Of a stretch of 64,000 nt of DNA, positions 37,242 through 49,867 are shown one piece after another. Under the pieces are notes generated by a model that was not told the DNA's origin, did no database searches, and saw only the letters and a list, made by a program, of their open reading frames with translations. The stretch comes from Selaginella moellendorffii (Eukaryota; Plantae; Lycopodiophyta), in contig NW_003314292.1 of NCBI RefSeq assembly GCF_000143415.4, positions 598,829-662,828 on the forward strand, given 5' to 3'. Position numbers and translations under genes: made by a program. Each line of letters begins with the position of its first letter. Within the stretch, counting starts at the first letter, position 1.

Positions 37242-39686
37242 ATGGAGATTTGCCGGGCTGTGGACGCGAGCTGCGATCGGAGGCTCCAGGCCAAGTACAA
37301 GCACGCGATGTTTGTGATCGATCGAACGCTGGCGCTCTACAGGTGCTTCGGCTGATTTTGGAGAGGTTGAGGGGTTTTGAGCTGGGATTTTGGTTTTTCC
37401 AGGCCGGATGAGGTCGCATTTAGCTTCAATGGGGGAAAAGACTCTACGGTATGGTGGGATTGTGTGGAATTCGTTTGTATTTTCTAGCGTTAGATTCTTG
37501 AGATAGAGATACAAATACCAAAAGAGCTGATAAGAGGTCAATCTTATATCTTTCTCTGTCTGGTTTAGGTTCTTCTTCATCTTTTAAGAGCTGGCTATGC
37601 AGCTTTGAAGTCTAAATTGTCACTGCCGGCAGATGCTGAAGATCGGATTCGAACGATTTATTTCGAAGGTCCCGATGCTTTCCCAGAGATTGATTCCTTC
37701 ACATACGAGACAGCACAAGAGTACGCGATTTTCCTTTATTTTTTTTCTCTTGCTTCTAACTTTGTGTTTAACCTTGCATTTGTTTCCAGATATAACTTAG
37801 AGCTTGAAGTTTTAAGGCAAGACTTCAAGTCAGGTTTGGAAGCTCTATTAAAAAACAAGCCTATTAAGGCTATATTCTTAGGCACGAGAATTGGCGATCC
37901 GAATGCAGTATGTTTCGTGGTATCTCGACTGATTGATGCAAAACGTTTCGTTTGTTTATTTTGTGTAGGTGGGGCAAGAGCAGTTCTCACCAAGTTCTAC
38001 TGGCTGGCCGCCGTTCATGCGCGTGAATCCAATCCTAGATTGGTCTTACAGGTACGATTTTTAGACTCACACGAAATGCCACCACTGTTTGTACTTTCCA
38101 GAGACGTATGGGCATTTTTACTGGCTTGCAAAGTTCCTTACTGTAAATTATATGATCAAGGGTGAGGGCACTTTCATCGAACGAATCTTCATCTGACTCT
38201 GGTTAATATAGTTCGTGGTTATACCAGGTACACATCTATTGGAAGCGTACATGATACCGTTCCGAATGAAGCATTGTATATCGATTCTTCGGTGGAAGAA
38301 GATTGCCCTGAGTTAGGATTGTCGAGAAAGAAGGCTTACAAGCCAGCTTATTTATTGCGCGATGGAAGGCTTGAAAGGGCGGGACGGTTGAGAAAGCAAC
38401 CGAGAAAGGACTATCAGGGCCCGGGTGTTGCAAATGGTGTTGAAAATACGGATACTCAGGCCAACGTTGATACTTTATATGCTGCATCTGTCTTGTCAGT
38501 CGGTGATGAGCTCTTGTAAGTTTGTCCTCCTGGAGCTTTGTGCTGGTTTAACTTCAGTATTACAGGAGAGGAGATATGGACGACCAGATGGGTACATTCT
38601 TAAGCAAAGAGCTTTTCTCTCTAGGCTGGACTGTTACGCGTCGTGCAGTCGTTCCAAATGATGTAAGTAGTTCCCGTGTTTTAGCATGTAGAGGTGAGCT
38701 AAGCTATTTTTCGAGGCAGGTTGACGCAGTTGCCGAGGAAATCGAACAGAGATCAAGTGCGAGCGATATTGTAAGCTCCAATATTTTATTTGTGTACAGG
38801 AGTAACATTGAAACTCACAGGTCTTAGTTTGTGGAGGTGTTGGACCTTTGCATTGTGATGTAACCCTGGCCGGCGTGGCAAAAGCTTTTGGAGTTCGATT
38901 GGTAAGTTTAGAATGTATACGTGAACTTGATCTTATTTTTAGAAATCAGGCTCCTGATGAAGAGTTTGAAGAGTATCTTCGTCAACTTGTTGGAGACAAC
39001 TGTGCAGGGGATCAGAATGCGGTAGTGTGGTTTTCTTTTTATTTTTCTGGGTCCCAAAGAATTTTTAAAAGCAGATGGCGAGATTGCCAGAAGGAATCAC
39101 TGAGCTTTTGCATCACAAACGGCTCTCTATCCCAGTGGTAAATTCTCTTGATTTACGTGCTTCTTTTGTTTTTATCCTTACCATGTACTTCTCAGATAAA
39201 ATGTCGAAACGTGTTTGTACTGTCGGGTCCAACGATTAGGGACTTCAAGCTACAATACCAGTGCCTTTTGGAGCTGAGCAAAAGCCGCGACTTTCTCGCT
39301 ACCCAGCACCCCTTTTGCTTGATACGGCTCGAAACACAATTGTCTAAAGTACGTATTTCACAAGCTTTTGTTTCGATCTCCTATGCCCTTTGTTTACAGG
39401 TAGAAATAGCGAAGCCTTTCTCCCAATTGGCTGCAGAGTACCCGGATTTGACACTTGGTACGATGGCTGTCTTATTAAACATGTCGATTCATATAATTTA
39501 CAGGTTGCTACCACCAGCAAGATGACAAAGGCGCTCCTGTCATTAACATCATGGGAAAGGCAAGATTGTGCTCGCAAATTTCTTAGTCCGTACTGAGGTA
39601 ACTCTGTCTTCCAGAATCCTGTACGCGTCAAAGCGGCAGCCTGTGCATTGCGTGCTCTAGCGCCAAAGCAAGCATTCCCAGCGTGA
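37242..39686 (+). CDS. FAD synthase (PAPS-reductase-like) fused to a molybdopterin-binding (CinA-like) domain
   Basis: [69 protein letters not shown]. Confidence 0.9.
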
Positions 39687-40435
39687 GGAAAAGCACCAGT
39701 GACGACGCATGGAATAAGCTTGTACGGGCAGTAGAAAAACAAAGGTAGCTCCCAGTTTTTCTTTGTCTGCTTACACTAGTGAGCTCTTGTTTATTAGAGA
39801 CGCGGCCACAAAGCTCTAGCAAAGTGTGCATTACAATCGAAAAAAAGAATTAAGGCTGGGGAAGAGTGCCTGCTACATTAGCAAGTCATGAAGAATGTCA
39901 CGGAGCTAGTCTCATTAATTCCAAGGTATAATCTTTGCAGCGGAGTTCTCGTCGGGCATTGTCTATTTGATATTTGTTAATGAAGTTTTACCATGCTCTA
40001 TGGTTGGCTCAATTGTTTAAATCTCTATGGTATAGATTCTATGCACGAGTTCGAATATAACTATTAAAGTAGCGTGTAGGAATGAGCTTCTTCCACGACA
40101 GTGGTCTCCACACCACCAATCGAGCCTTGTGGCTCAACTGTGTCTATTTAGCAACAAGAAAGAGCGCCATTTGAATGACCTAAAGGACAGCTATCTCTTT
40201 AGGAATATCGTAAAATATCCTCTCTTTCGTACGTTTATGGCATCCGACCGTACTCGCAATGGAATTTCTTTGTTCCCCGCTTTGTGGATGAATTGATAGG
40301 GTGAGCTTTTAGCTATGGCGGTGAGGCGCGATAGATAGGCAAAGAGGGCGGGCGCGGCGCTCGGTCGATTCTCACGGATTTTATCCCGGAATGAAGCTCT
40401 GGCGGTGTTGACGCCGCGATTTTGCCTCGCCGGAG

Positions 40436-42101
40436 ATGGCATTCGTGCTGACGACGAGTAGCGCGGTCTCGCAGGGCACATTCTTGTCTCTCAGGGTTTT
40501 GTGCTCGAGAAGCGTCCTTCCCAGAGGTATGTGTGAGGCAATTTGGTTTCGCAGCGATGGATGATAGATATTTCGAATGCCGCTCCAGGTCGAAGGCGAT
40601 GGAGGCGCTATTGCTCTCGCATCGAGCACAGCGAGGCAGAGGACGGGATGTTCTCGAAATTTGGCGATTTTCATCCAGCCAGCAGCGCGAACAACAGCGC
40701 GAGTAGCATCGGGAAGCTCCAGGTATTCTCCAAAGCTCCCAAGGATCATAGCTCCCGAAAGGTTTCTAGAGAAGAGAATCCCCTGGCGTCTTTTGGCTTG
40801 AAGGTTAAGAGGGACAGCCAAGGAAGGAAGATCGACATAGCCAAGTCGCTCTCCAAAATGCTGCCATACATTGTGGTGGCCACTGCTGCCGCGGCGCTCA
40901 TCCACCCAGCTACATTTGCGTGGTACGTAAGAGAATTTCTCACCGAGAACTTTTGAGATTGATCTAGCTTTCTTCTGTCCATCCAAATCAAGGTTTTATC
41001 ACTGAGATTGGATATAAACTTTGATGAGCTTTCAGGGTCAGAAAAGAGCACTATGCTCCGGCACTTGGAGGAATCATGCTGTCTATAGGCGTCCAGCTTT
41101 CCATATCCGACTTCGCGATTGTTTTGCAGAGGTGAGCTTACAATCCATGCTTTTTTGCACTGAGTAGTTCTTTCTTTTCTTTTTTCGATTCAGGCCTTTG
41201 CCTCTATGCATGGGCTACGTGCTTCAATACGTGATGAAGCCAATACTCGGGTTTTTGGTAGTGAGAGGCTTCGGTGTTCCTCCTTCGTTTGCCGCGGGTC
41301 TCATTCTCACGGCTTGTGTTGCGGGTGCTCAGCTCTCCAGCTACGCGGCTTACTTAAGTGAAGGCGACATAGCTCTCAGCATCATGCTTACGAGCATCAG
41401 CACGATTACTTCTGTGATCGTCACGCCTTTTCTTACGCAGTTCTTGATTGGCTCGGTTGTGCCAGTGGACGTCGTAGCCATGGCGAAATCAATTCTCCAG
41501 GTAAACTATGGCCTCGAGATTTCATGTAACTTAAACCCTTTCCTTGTTTCAGGTGGTCTTTCTTCCGGTTCTAACAGGACTTACTCTCAACACTTACGCA
41601 AAGCCGCTGGTGGACAGAATACGTCCCGTGATGCCACTGGTCGCCATGGTTTGCACGTCGCTGTGCATTGGAAGCCCTCTGGCTCTCAACCAGTCGAAGA
41701 TCATATCAATGGAAGGTCTCCAGCTTTTGTTCCCGGTGCTGGTATTCCACGCCCTTGGCTTTGGTCTTGGCTACTTCATCTCGAGACTTCCCTTCTGGAG
41801 GTGACTAAAGTTCTTCGCTTCTAGTTCCGTTAATCCTTACTTCGAGTTCCTTTTTGTGCTGTATCTCAGGCAAAATCACAAGGTGTCAAGAACACTGTCA
41901 CTTTGCACTGGAATGCAAAGCTCGACGCTAGCAATGCTCCTGGCCACCCAGTTTTTGGGCGACACTCAAGCAGTTCCTCCGGCTTGCTCGGTGGTGATAA
42001 TGGCAGTGATGGGATTGACGCTGGCTACTTGGTGGGGAAAAGAAGAATCAAACAACAAGACGCCATCGTCGTCTTCCTCCAGCGCTCCAGTCTTCGCGTA
42101 G
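40436..42101 (+). CDS. BASS3: Plastid bile acid:Na+ symporter family protein (BASS3-like)
   Basis: Transit-like N-terminus; HPATFAW, YAPALGGIMLSIG, VAGAQLSSYAAYLSEGDIALS, CTGMQSSTLA, VPPACSVV. Confidence 0.88.
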
Positions 42102-42184
42102 CACAAGAAATTTTTACAGGCAGCAGTTTGTAAATATGAGATATTTATCTCGAAGAACTGGAAGTTCTTCTAAATTCCCAACCG

Positions 42185-42246
42185 TCCACGTGGCAGAGTA
42201 ACGAACCGCCACGTGGAATAAAACCGCCGTCAGCAGGCATTTATAG
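42185..42246 (+). promoter_or_regulatory. Paired ABRE/G-boxes and TATA-like element of the 74-aa gene
   Basis: CCACGTGGC (~42186), GCCACGTGG (~42207), TTTATAG (~42240). Confidence 0.6.
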
Positions 42247-42381
42247 ATCACCAAGCAAAGAGGGTTTTGTGCCATTCTTTCCGTGGGCTTTTTCGGTTTT
42301 CGAGGTAGGGTTCTATCTCTCGATCGCTTCGATCGATCTCCTCCTTGTGCTCTCGCCTTTCGCGCAGGCGCGCTTGCTAGA

Positions 42382-42606
42382 ATGTCTGGATCGGGCGAGA
42401 AGGGCTACTCCTACAAGGGCTCTGGGACGAACTCCCAGGGAAATCACTACTGCTCTCGCGATTATGGCGCCTCGGCCCCAAATCCCAACGCTTACCACTA
42501 TTCCAACCAGAATGGATCCTACTACTACTCCAATCCCAATGGATCGACGTACTACAACAGCGGCAAAGGCAGCGCGACCTACACTCCGCCCGCGAGCAAG
42601 AAGTGA
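42382..42606 (+). CDS. 74-aa Tyr/Asn/Ser/Gly-rich small protein of unknown function
   Basis: ATG at 42382 after a probable 5'UTR intron (GTAGGG..CGCAG); strongly C-ending codon bias; internal YxYSNxNGS repeats. Confidence 0.8.
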   Translation: MSGSGEKGYSYKGSGTNSQGNHYCSRDYGASAPNPNAYHYSNQNGSYYYSNPNGSTYYNSGKGSATYTPPASKK

Positions 42607-42843
42607 TCGCATCGCAGTGAAGAAATTTCCTTTCATGTGTGTCTGTGTGTTTCTTTGATTCGCGAGCGCCATCGCGGCTTCTTGTGTTGCTTTCTCTCTT
42701 GGAATGCCAGTAAAAGCTTAATCGTGATTATCGTGGTAAATAGGTTTAGTTAACTAAACAAATCCGACCATTTGGGCGGGACATTTTAAAGCCAACGGCT
42801 AGTGTATTTGCCCTTTTGCCCTTGTTTCTTTTAGGTTTTGGGA

Positions 42844-45800
42844 ATGGCAGCGATGTTAGATTTCTTGCGTCGAGCGTCCAGAGAGGGCTGTGGCGGCGAT
42901 CTAGCTGATGACGCTGCTCGCCAGGATCCGATGATCGAAGAAGCGTCCGCGGCAGAGGATTCCAGGGTCGCGGCCAGGGATGACGAAGAAATCACGGTTT
43001 TCTCGAGCCCGGTGCGAGATTTCGAGCTGGATTTGGGAGATGGAGAGGAAATTCTTAGCAGTTTCTGCGAGGGGAACGAGCTCTCGTTCAATTACATTCC
43101 AGGTATGTTCTTGTTCTTGCGAGAAGCATCGCGAAATACTCTGCCGCCATGCCTATGCCTATTTCCAGACAAGGTCGTGGCCGCGATAAATGCCGGTGGC
43201 TCATCGATTCTAGATACATCTTTCGGCATCGATTTCGTGGACGATCGATTTTTCTCTGGTGGAGATGTGCTTAGAACTGCCGAAGATATCGTTGATGCGC
43301 AGGAGCCTTCGCTATACCGCACAGCAAGGTATGGGGAGGTTACTTACGCCCTAGATGGACTGGAAAGTGGAGATTACTACGTGGATATCCACTTTGCCGA
43401 GATTATTTTCACGAATGGTCCTCCTGGGATGAGGATCTTTGACGTCTACATTCAGGACGAGAAGGTGAGAGTCTTTGGAATTTTTTCATGTTCTTTTCAC
43501 TTTTTACGTTTGTCCTTCTTGCGTATAGGTTGTCTCGGATCTTGACGTCTATGGACGGGTGGGGTCGAACAGGCCCTTGATTTTGCTAAACGTGCGAGCT
43601 GCAGTCAACGGCGGTGTTCTTACTTTGGCATTTCGTGGCGTTGTTGGAAATCCCACCATCAGCGCCATCTGCGTTCACAGAGCTCCTCCTCTTGGTGCGT
43701 TTCTTCAATGTAGTAAATAATTTGTTGATTTTTTTGTTTGATCCAGCTAAGCGAACCGGTCGTAAGCCACGACCAATTTACGAGCTTGCGTTGGAAAACT
43801 GCCAGAAGCAGAATGCTCGCAGACTCACGTTTTGTGAGCAGGTTCGTAATGCAGCGCTACTTTTTCTCAAACTATTAATGATGGTTTGGATTGCTTCAGA
43901 TGAGGGATAAAAGTCGAGGAGCAGTTACTGAAAGCGAGCAAAGATTGGAAGAACTCAGAAACGAGTGCCATCAGGCCTGGATTTCTGTTCAAGAATCCAA
44001 TCGCCAAGCTGAAAAATTACGTGATGAACTTTCCGTGAAGTCTCTTACTGTCGATACACTCGGTACGATTATCTAGATTGAGTTAAGACTTTATGCTTTT
44101 TGTTTTGTTATCAGCAAATGCCGTGGAAACTCAGGTGCTGGAGCTAAGAGATTTGAAGGAAAAAGAAATGAACGAAAAGACGAAGTTGAAGCTAGCCGTC
44201 AGTGATGCCCAGAGGAAAGTCGAGGTTAGCGTCCATTTCTTTCTCTGTCTTCTGATACTTATTCATTTGTTGATAATCCAGGAACTCAGAATACTCTATA
44301 GTCTCCTGTCCAAGGACGCAAGAGATTGTATATGCTCCTTTCCAGATCCCCATGGCATGGTTTCTGCGGTTCAAGCTTTAGGTAAGGCCGAGCGCAGTTG
44401 GACTTACTTCAATGCTGAATATATCGTTTTTGTCAGTGAATGAACAGAAGGAGTTAAAGAAAAGACTACTAGACGAGAGTCAAGAACGGAAGTTTTTGTA
44501 CAACAAGTTGATTGAAATGAAAGGCAAGTTTGCTACATCTGTATAATTGATTTCATGAGTTTTCTTCCAGGGAACGTTAGGGTGTTTTGCAGATGCAGAC
44601 CGTTGAATGCATCAGAAGCGTCAGCATCGTCGGTGTCACTAGTCGAGTTTGACTCCGCTAGAGAGAATGAACTCGTCATTCGGGCTGGCACCAATCCGAA
44701 AAAGCTCTACAAGTTTGATCGAGTGTTCACTCCCGAAGACGATCAACGTGAGTATATGGCAAAGTCTATATTCACAAGCTGATCCTCGTTTCCGTTGTGC
44801 AGCTGAAGTGTTTGCAGACACGTCTCCGGTCGTTGTATCTGTCCTGGATGGCTACAACGTGTGCATATTTGCCTACGGACAAACAGGTACTGGCAAAACA
44901 TTCACGATGGAAGGCATTCCAGGAAACCGAGGTGTCAACTATCGTACATTGGAGGAACTTTTTCGACTATCTACTGTACGCAAAGGAGAGGTCAACTATG
45001 AGATAAAAGTTAGTGTTCTAGAAGTTTATAATGAGCAGATCCGAGACTTGTTGACAACACCATCTCAAGCTGGTCTGGCGCCAAAGAGGTAGGCAAAGCT
45101 ATTATTGCGGCTTGCTAACACATTTTGTTCAGGCTAGAAATTAAGCAAGACGCTGATGGTGGCCATCGTGTTCCTGGCCTCGTCGAGGCTGAGGTACACA
45201 GCATGACAGAAGTATGGGAGGTTCTCCAAAGCGGGAGCGCTGCTCGAGCTGTTGGCTCTACAAATGCTAACGAACATAGTAGCCGTTCTCACTGGTTTGT
45301 ATAACGTCTTGAAGTTTAAATTTTGGTCTCTAATGATGCCGTTGCAGCATGTTGTGCGTGAAAGTAAGAGGCGAGAACATGACTACAGGAGAATGTACTC
45401 GCAGCAAGCTTTGGCTTGTCGATCTTGCTGGAAGCGAGAGAGTTGCAAAAAGTGATGTTCAGGGTGATCGCCTGAAAGAAGCTCAGAACATCAACAAGTC
45501 GTTATCAGCCCTGGGAGATGTTATTCACGCTCTAACGACGAAAAGTAACCACGTGCCTTACAGGTAATTCAGGTCTAGAGCAACGCAGACATTAATAAGT
45601 CGGGCATTGTGCAGGAACTCGAAGTTAACACATCTTCTGCAAGACTCGCTTGGTATGTCTGGCGTTCCCTCTTCAATTGTCCATTCATTCTTTTGTGCAG
45701 GAGGAGAATCGAAGACTCTTATGTTCGTACAGATAAGCCCCACCGAGGCTGATGTCGGGGAAACGTTGTGCTCCTTAAATTTTGCTAGCAGAGTACGTGG

Positions 45801-46943
45801 TGTAGAGATGGGTCCGGCAAAGAAGCAGCTCGATTCCTCGGAGTTTTTCAAGTATAAGCAAATGGTAAAGTATTTCTCTGTGAATCTCAGTCTCCTAAAA
45901 CCCAGAGCATGCAGGCAGAGAAGGCTAAGCAAGATGTGAAAACCAAGGATGATAGCGTCAGAAGGCTCGAAGACAGCTTACGTACCACCGAAAGTAAACT
46001 GAAGGTAAAAGAACAACTGTGTCAGAGCCTAGCTGAAAAGGTCAAGGACCGAGACAAAGTTGCTGCTGAACTGGAGCTCCAGCTAGCCACCGAGAAGAAA
46101 GCTCGTCTTGCAGCAGAAGTGGCTCTCAAGGAAAAGCGTCTGAAAGCTGATAGAGAAGGATCGTGGGACAGGGCTGACAGGGCGAATGCGGAAGAAGCTC
46201 TTGAAGCTGCGTTTAAAACAGCCGCTAGTTTTCACCCCAAGGAAAATAGTTACAGACAACCGTTACAAGAGCGGGCGCTGGAGAATGAGCTTAAGCCGCT
46301 AAGCAAAGACGAGAAAGCTCCCAAAGTCCTTGGTGAAAACCGTGCTCTGCAAAACGAGAACATCGATCCCCAAAATCCAGATGGTCTTACTTCGGTTCTA
46401 CGCAAGCCTCCACACGCAAGGCTGAAGGTGGTACCTTCGAGATTCAATTCTCCGCCGCTTATGCCAATGCCCCGCCGAACTTCGCTGTGCGGAATCACTC
46501 GACGGACGTCCTTGGCTCCTGCTCCAACGAAATTCGTCGTGGAGACTCCATCAACTCAGCTTAAGTCATCGGAGGTGCAAGAGGACATTAAGACAGTGCA
46601 GAGTATCGTCCAAGCAGAGAGCCGCACCTTCCAGGTAGAAGATAGCAACGTCCCTTCCGTAGCCTGGAAAGGTATCGACGTTCCTGGAACGCTCACAAGG
46701 CTAAGGCAACACAGAAGAGTACACTTCAGCTCGCCGTTAATGCGGTCGAGGGAGAAGCTGATGGCGTTGAAGAAGGAAACGTGCGACAACCTCCCGGAAA
46801 CAAAGCAGTCCAGTGGTACCAGAATGAGACGAGTAAGTTTGGTGGCCAGGTCCTGGAACAAGCATCCAGGAGGAGCCCAACGAATTCTCAGTGGCAGGAA
46901 GGGTTCCATGCACCAGCGTGAAAGGGGCTGGAACAAAGGATAG
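42844..46943 (+). CDS. Malectin-domain kinesin-14 (KIN14Q/R-like)
   Basis: Malectin ([29 protein letters not shown]) plus motor ([48 protein letters not shown]). Confidence 0.93.
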
Positions 46944-47064
46944 ATAAGAATGGGAGCCGCAGCATACATACACTACGAAGCAGTTGTGCTCTTCATATAG
47001 CAAGTAAGCTTACATGTTTCTAATCACGTCATTCGTTTTACATCATTAGTTCTTTCTAGATATG

Positions 47065-48132
47065 TCAAGGAATAGCTCTAAAGTCCGGCTGAAAGCAAAC
47101 CAGTGGCGGAACGGCGATCCTAAATGCACTCTCGGGGACATGGCTCCAGACATCAAGCTTCGTGTCATAAGCGAGTCCCCCGAGTTCTGGGTGTCCCTTG
47201 AGAGAGGCTCCAATCAGCCGACCGGTGAAGGACGCCTCAAACTGGTAAGCTCTTACAAACGTAGTCTGCTCGACCTTTACAATAAAGTCTTTCAGGAGAT
47301 TACACGGCATGCACAGCCAGAGCACCCACGGGCTCTTGGTCACCCGCTTGCCTTGGTCGAGCTCCCATACCGCAATGGAGTTCTCATCACTGCCCTCTAT
47401 CCGGACCCCGGATACCGTCACGTAGCGCCCCCGAAAGTCGACGAGATTGTTGGAGATAGAAACGTCGCGCTCGTCGACTCTAATGGACCCGCAAGGTGGG
47501 CTCACTCTCCTGAGGAGTTTCCAATCGTACAGGCTGAGCAGCAGCGTCTCTGAATCGCACGCGTAGTAGACGAGCTCGTCGCTGGCGACGATCACTCCGG
47601 TGGAAGGCTTGAAACTCTCCTCGGCCAGCGTCGTGGCCCAGTCCCCGCGCCTGGAGCTGTAAGTATGGATGTAGAACGCATCGAAGATTATAACCGTGTA
47701 GCTGCTGTTCCAGGCTTTGGAGCATGGATCCCGCGCCATCGCCATGCCGAGAGGGCTCGAGTCGAGAGTGGAAGGATGCGGCAGCCTCCTGCTGGATCCC
47801 GTGAGCAGATTAAAGACGAGGATCTCGTGAGCGAGGCCTCGGAGAGAGCCGACAGTGCAAACCAGGCCTCCCAGCGCCGACCAGTGGAGGATCCTACACC
47901 GGGGATTTGGAGGAGCTTTCAAGGATTTGCGAAGCGAGAGCTTGGGCAGGAGGTGATGATTGACGTCGCTGCTGCTGTGATCGTCGTCCAGGGCGATGAT
48001 CTCGTCGTCGTCCTTGAGCAGCAGTGACCACGATTGATCGCCATTGTTGTGCTGGAGGAGAGCCTGGAGATCGTGATTTGGGAACTTACCACCCACGCAA
48101 AGGTAGGAGCTGAGCTTGATCAACTTGGCCAT
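47065..48132 (-). CDS. Intronless F-box-associated (kelch-like propeller) protein with no recognisable F-box
   Basis: Open ~355-aa frame; GGLVC, ILVFNLLTGSSRRLP, TYSSRRGDW, LAYDTKLDVW, FQPDF motifs typical of plant F-box/kelch C-termini. Confidence 0.65.
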   Translation of the reverse strand: MAKLIKLSSYLCVGGKFPNHDLQALLQHNNGDQSWSLLLKDDDEIIALDDDHSSSDVNHHLLPKLSLRKSLKAPPNPRCRILHWSALGGLVCTVGSLRGLAHEILVFNLLTGSSRRLPHPSTLDSSPLGMAMARDPCSKAWNSSYTVIIFDAFYIHTYSSRRGDWATTLAEESFKPSTGVIVASDELVYYACDSETLLLSLYDWKLLRRVSPPCGSIRVDERDVSISNNLVDFRGRYVTVSGVRIEGSDENSIAVWELDQGKRVTKSPWVLWLCMPCNLLKDFIVKVEQTTFVRAYQFEASFTGRLIGASLKGHPELGGLAYDTKLDVWSHVPESAFRIAVPPLVCFQPDFRAIP

Positions 48133-48218
48133 TTGTACAAAAAGGGTGGCAAGAGAGTAAAATTTAGGGCCCAAATTGGAAGTATTTTGGGTTCTAGTAT
48201 TTTAGGGTTTGTGGTGAT

Positions 48219-48485
48219 ATGGACAATAGCAATTGGAAGAGAATATTACAGGAGTTGGCGGTAAGTTTTGATGAAACGAGTGGTTTTTACTGCGCTCTTG
48301 TCTTTCAGCAAAATGTTGAGGAGATGCTAGAAGCCGAGAGAGAAATTCTACGGACAATGCGTGAAATGACGAGGCATGAGCAAGAGATAGGAGAGACGAT
48401 GCAGCAACTCGAGGAGCAAATCACGCAGGCACTGGAGCAAGTCCAGCAGATGATCTGGAAGGAAGATCATCAAGATGTTAATTGA
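48219..48485 (+). CDS. Putative 2-exon small acidic coiled-coil orphan protein (~72 aa)
   Basis: ATG 48219, GTAAG...TTTCAG phase-0 intron, E/Q-rich heptads; telo-box upstream. Confidence 0.35.
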   Translation: MDNSNWKRILQELAVSFDETSGFYCALVFQQNVEEMLEAEREILRTMREMTRHEQEIGETMQQLEEQITQALEQVQQMIWKEDHQDVN

Positions 48486-48551
48486 TTGAAAATAAACGTG
48501 TGAAAGACATGAGAAAACTTGGTAGGATTCTTCGTTTGCTTTCCTCCTTTT

Positions 48552-49756
48552 TCAATCGCAGACGAGTTCCTTGATCTCCTTCTCGAAGCACTCGAGCTGC
48601 GTCCTGATCTTTGGGAGGAACTGGCTCATCTGGGATCGGAGGTGCTCGCGTTCTGGCTCGGGCAGCGTCTCTGGAACTTCGGTGAAGGCTACGTCTATCT
48701 GCATCATCCGCTCGGCTCAAAGCTTTGTGCTAAGAGGAAACAAGACATACCCGAAGATCGTCAAGATCACCCAAGCAAGTATCGACCGAGAGTGTCCCTT
48801 CCACTTGAAACGGCTCACCGACCTCGATCTTGCCTGCGCAACGTTTTACGTTGGTCTCTTGCAGCTTTCATCTTAAAAGATTAGGATACCGAGAAAGTCC
48901 AGCAGAATGTCGAAGCTGTAATCCACTCGTCTTTTCCCTCGTACTGTGAGTATCGCCGCCTGTAAAAGAGAGTGAGCGTTGGAAGAATTCCAAATTCCAG
49001 ATCTTCGTGCTTACATCACCAGTGCAGCGAGAAACATCGGTCACGTAGGCTGAACCCTCTCCGAAAGTGATGGGCTCCGCAGCAAGTAAAAGCTCCTGAT
49101 CAAAAGAAAAAGCTCAGACGTTTGTCGTGGGTTTCGTAAGAACCATACCCTTAGCTTCGAGATAGCCCAGTCGTTGAGGTTTCTCTCCTCCCAAGCGTTC
49201 TAGAAAGAAAAAAAAAATCGAGTGAGAACACAATGGAAAACCAAAAGAAACACACACACACAAACACACACAAAGGACTCTGAAAGAAATGGAGAAAGAG
49301 AGGAAGGGAGAAACAAATGGAAGTAAAGAAGAAACACACACACAAACATACTCTGACAGAAATGGAGAAGGAGAAGGGAGAAAACAATGGAAGTGAAGGA
49401 GAAACACAACAAAACCTGGAGTAGCTAGTTGCTCAGACCTTCAAGTAGACTGCGCAAGACAATCCAAGAATGTATCACTCTACAAGAATGCGCATTGTAT
49501 TTTGCGCACTTACTCGATCGGTCGCCATACACATGGAAGCAAATCTCCGGCTCACGAGCAATGGCGGCATTCTCTGCGAAGAATAAGAAGAAAAAGGCCC
49601 CGCTCAGTCTATTGCTGATCGACAACCCACCTGAGAGCAGCTGCTAGGATTCCTGGGTAGCGGGAGGCGCAGGCATCGACTGGAAGCGCCTCGAGGCTCG
49701 GCGAGAATGGAGCAGAGCATCCTTCCGCCGAGGAGACGCGCGCCCGTCGCAGCCAT
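48552..49756 (-). CDS. Aha1 N-terminal domain (Hsp90 ATPase activator family) protein with transit-peptide-like N-terminus
   Basis: Spliced exons give AWEERNLNDWAISKLR-ELL..FGEGSAYVTDVSRCTGD-AAILTVRGKRRVDYSFDI..GDLDDL..FLPKIRTQLECFEKEIKE, resembling At5g58110-type Aha1 proteins; not visible in the ORF track. Confidence 0.8.
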
Positions 49757-49867
49757 TGCCGCTTAAACCCTAAAGCCCTGGAGCAAAATATCTTCTCTTT
49801 ACCTCCATACATTGCCAAGAACCCTAAAAACAGAGCTATGCTCTGTAGAGGGGAAGGAAACTTGGCG

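Noticed and set aside
48519-48884. Plus-strand ORF (DEFLDLLLEALELRPD...)
   Set aside because: Antisense shadow of the Aha1-domain gene's last exons
48835-48890. U12-type intron (GTATCCTA donor)
   Set aside because: Deviates from RTATCCTT and has no TCCTTAAC-like branch site
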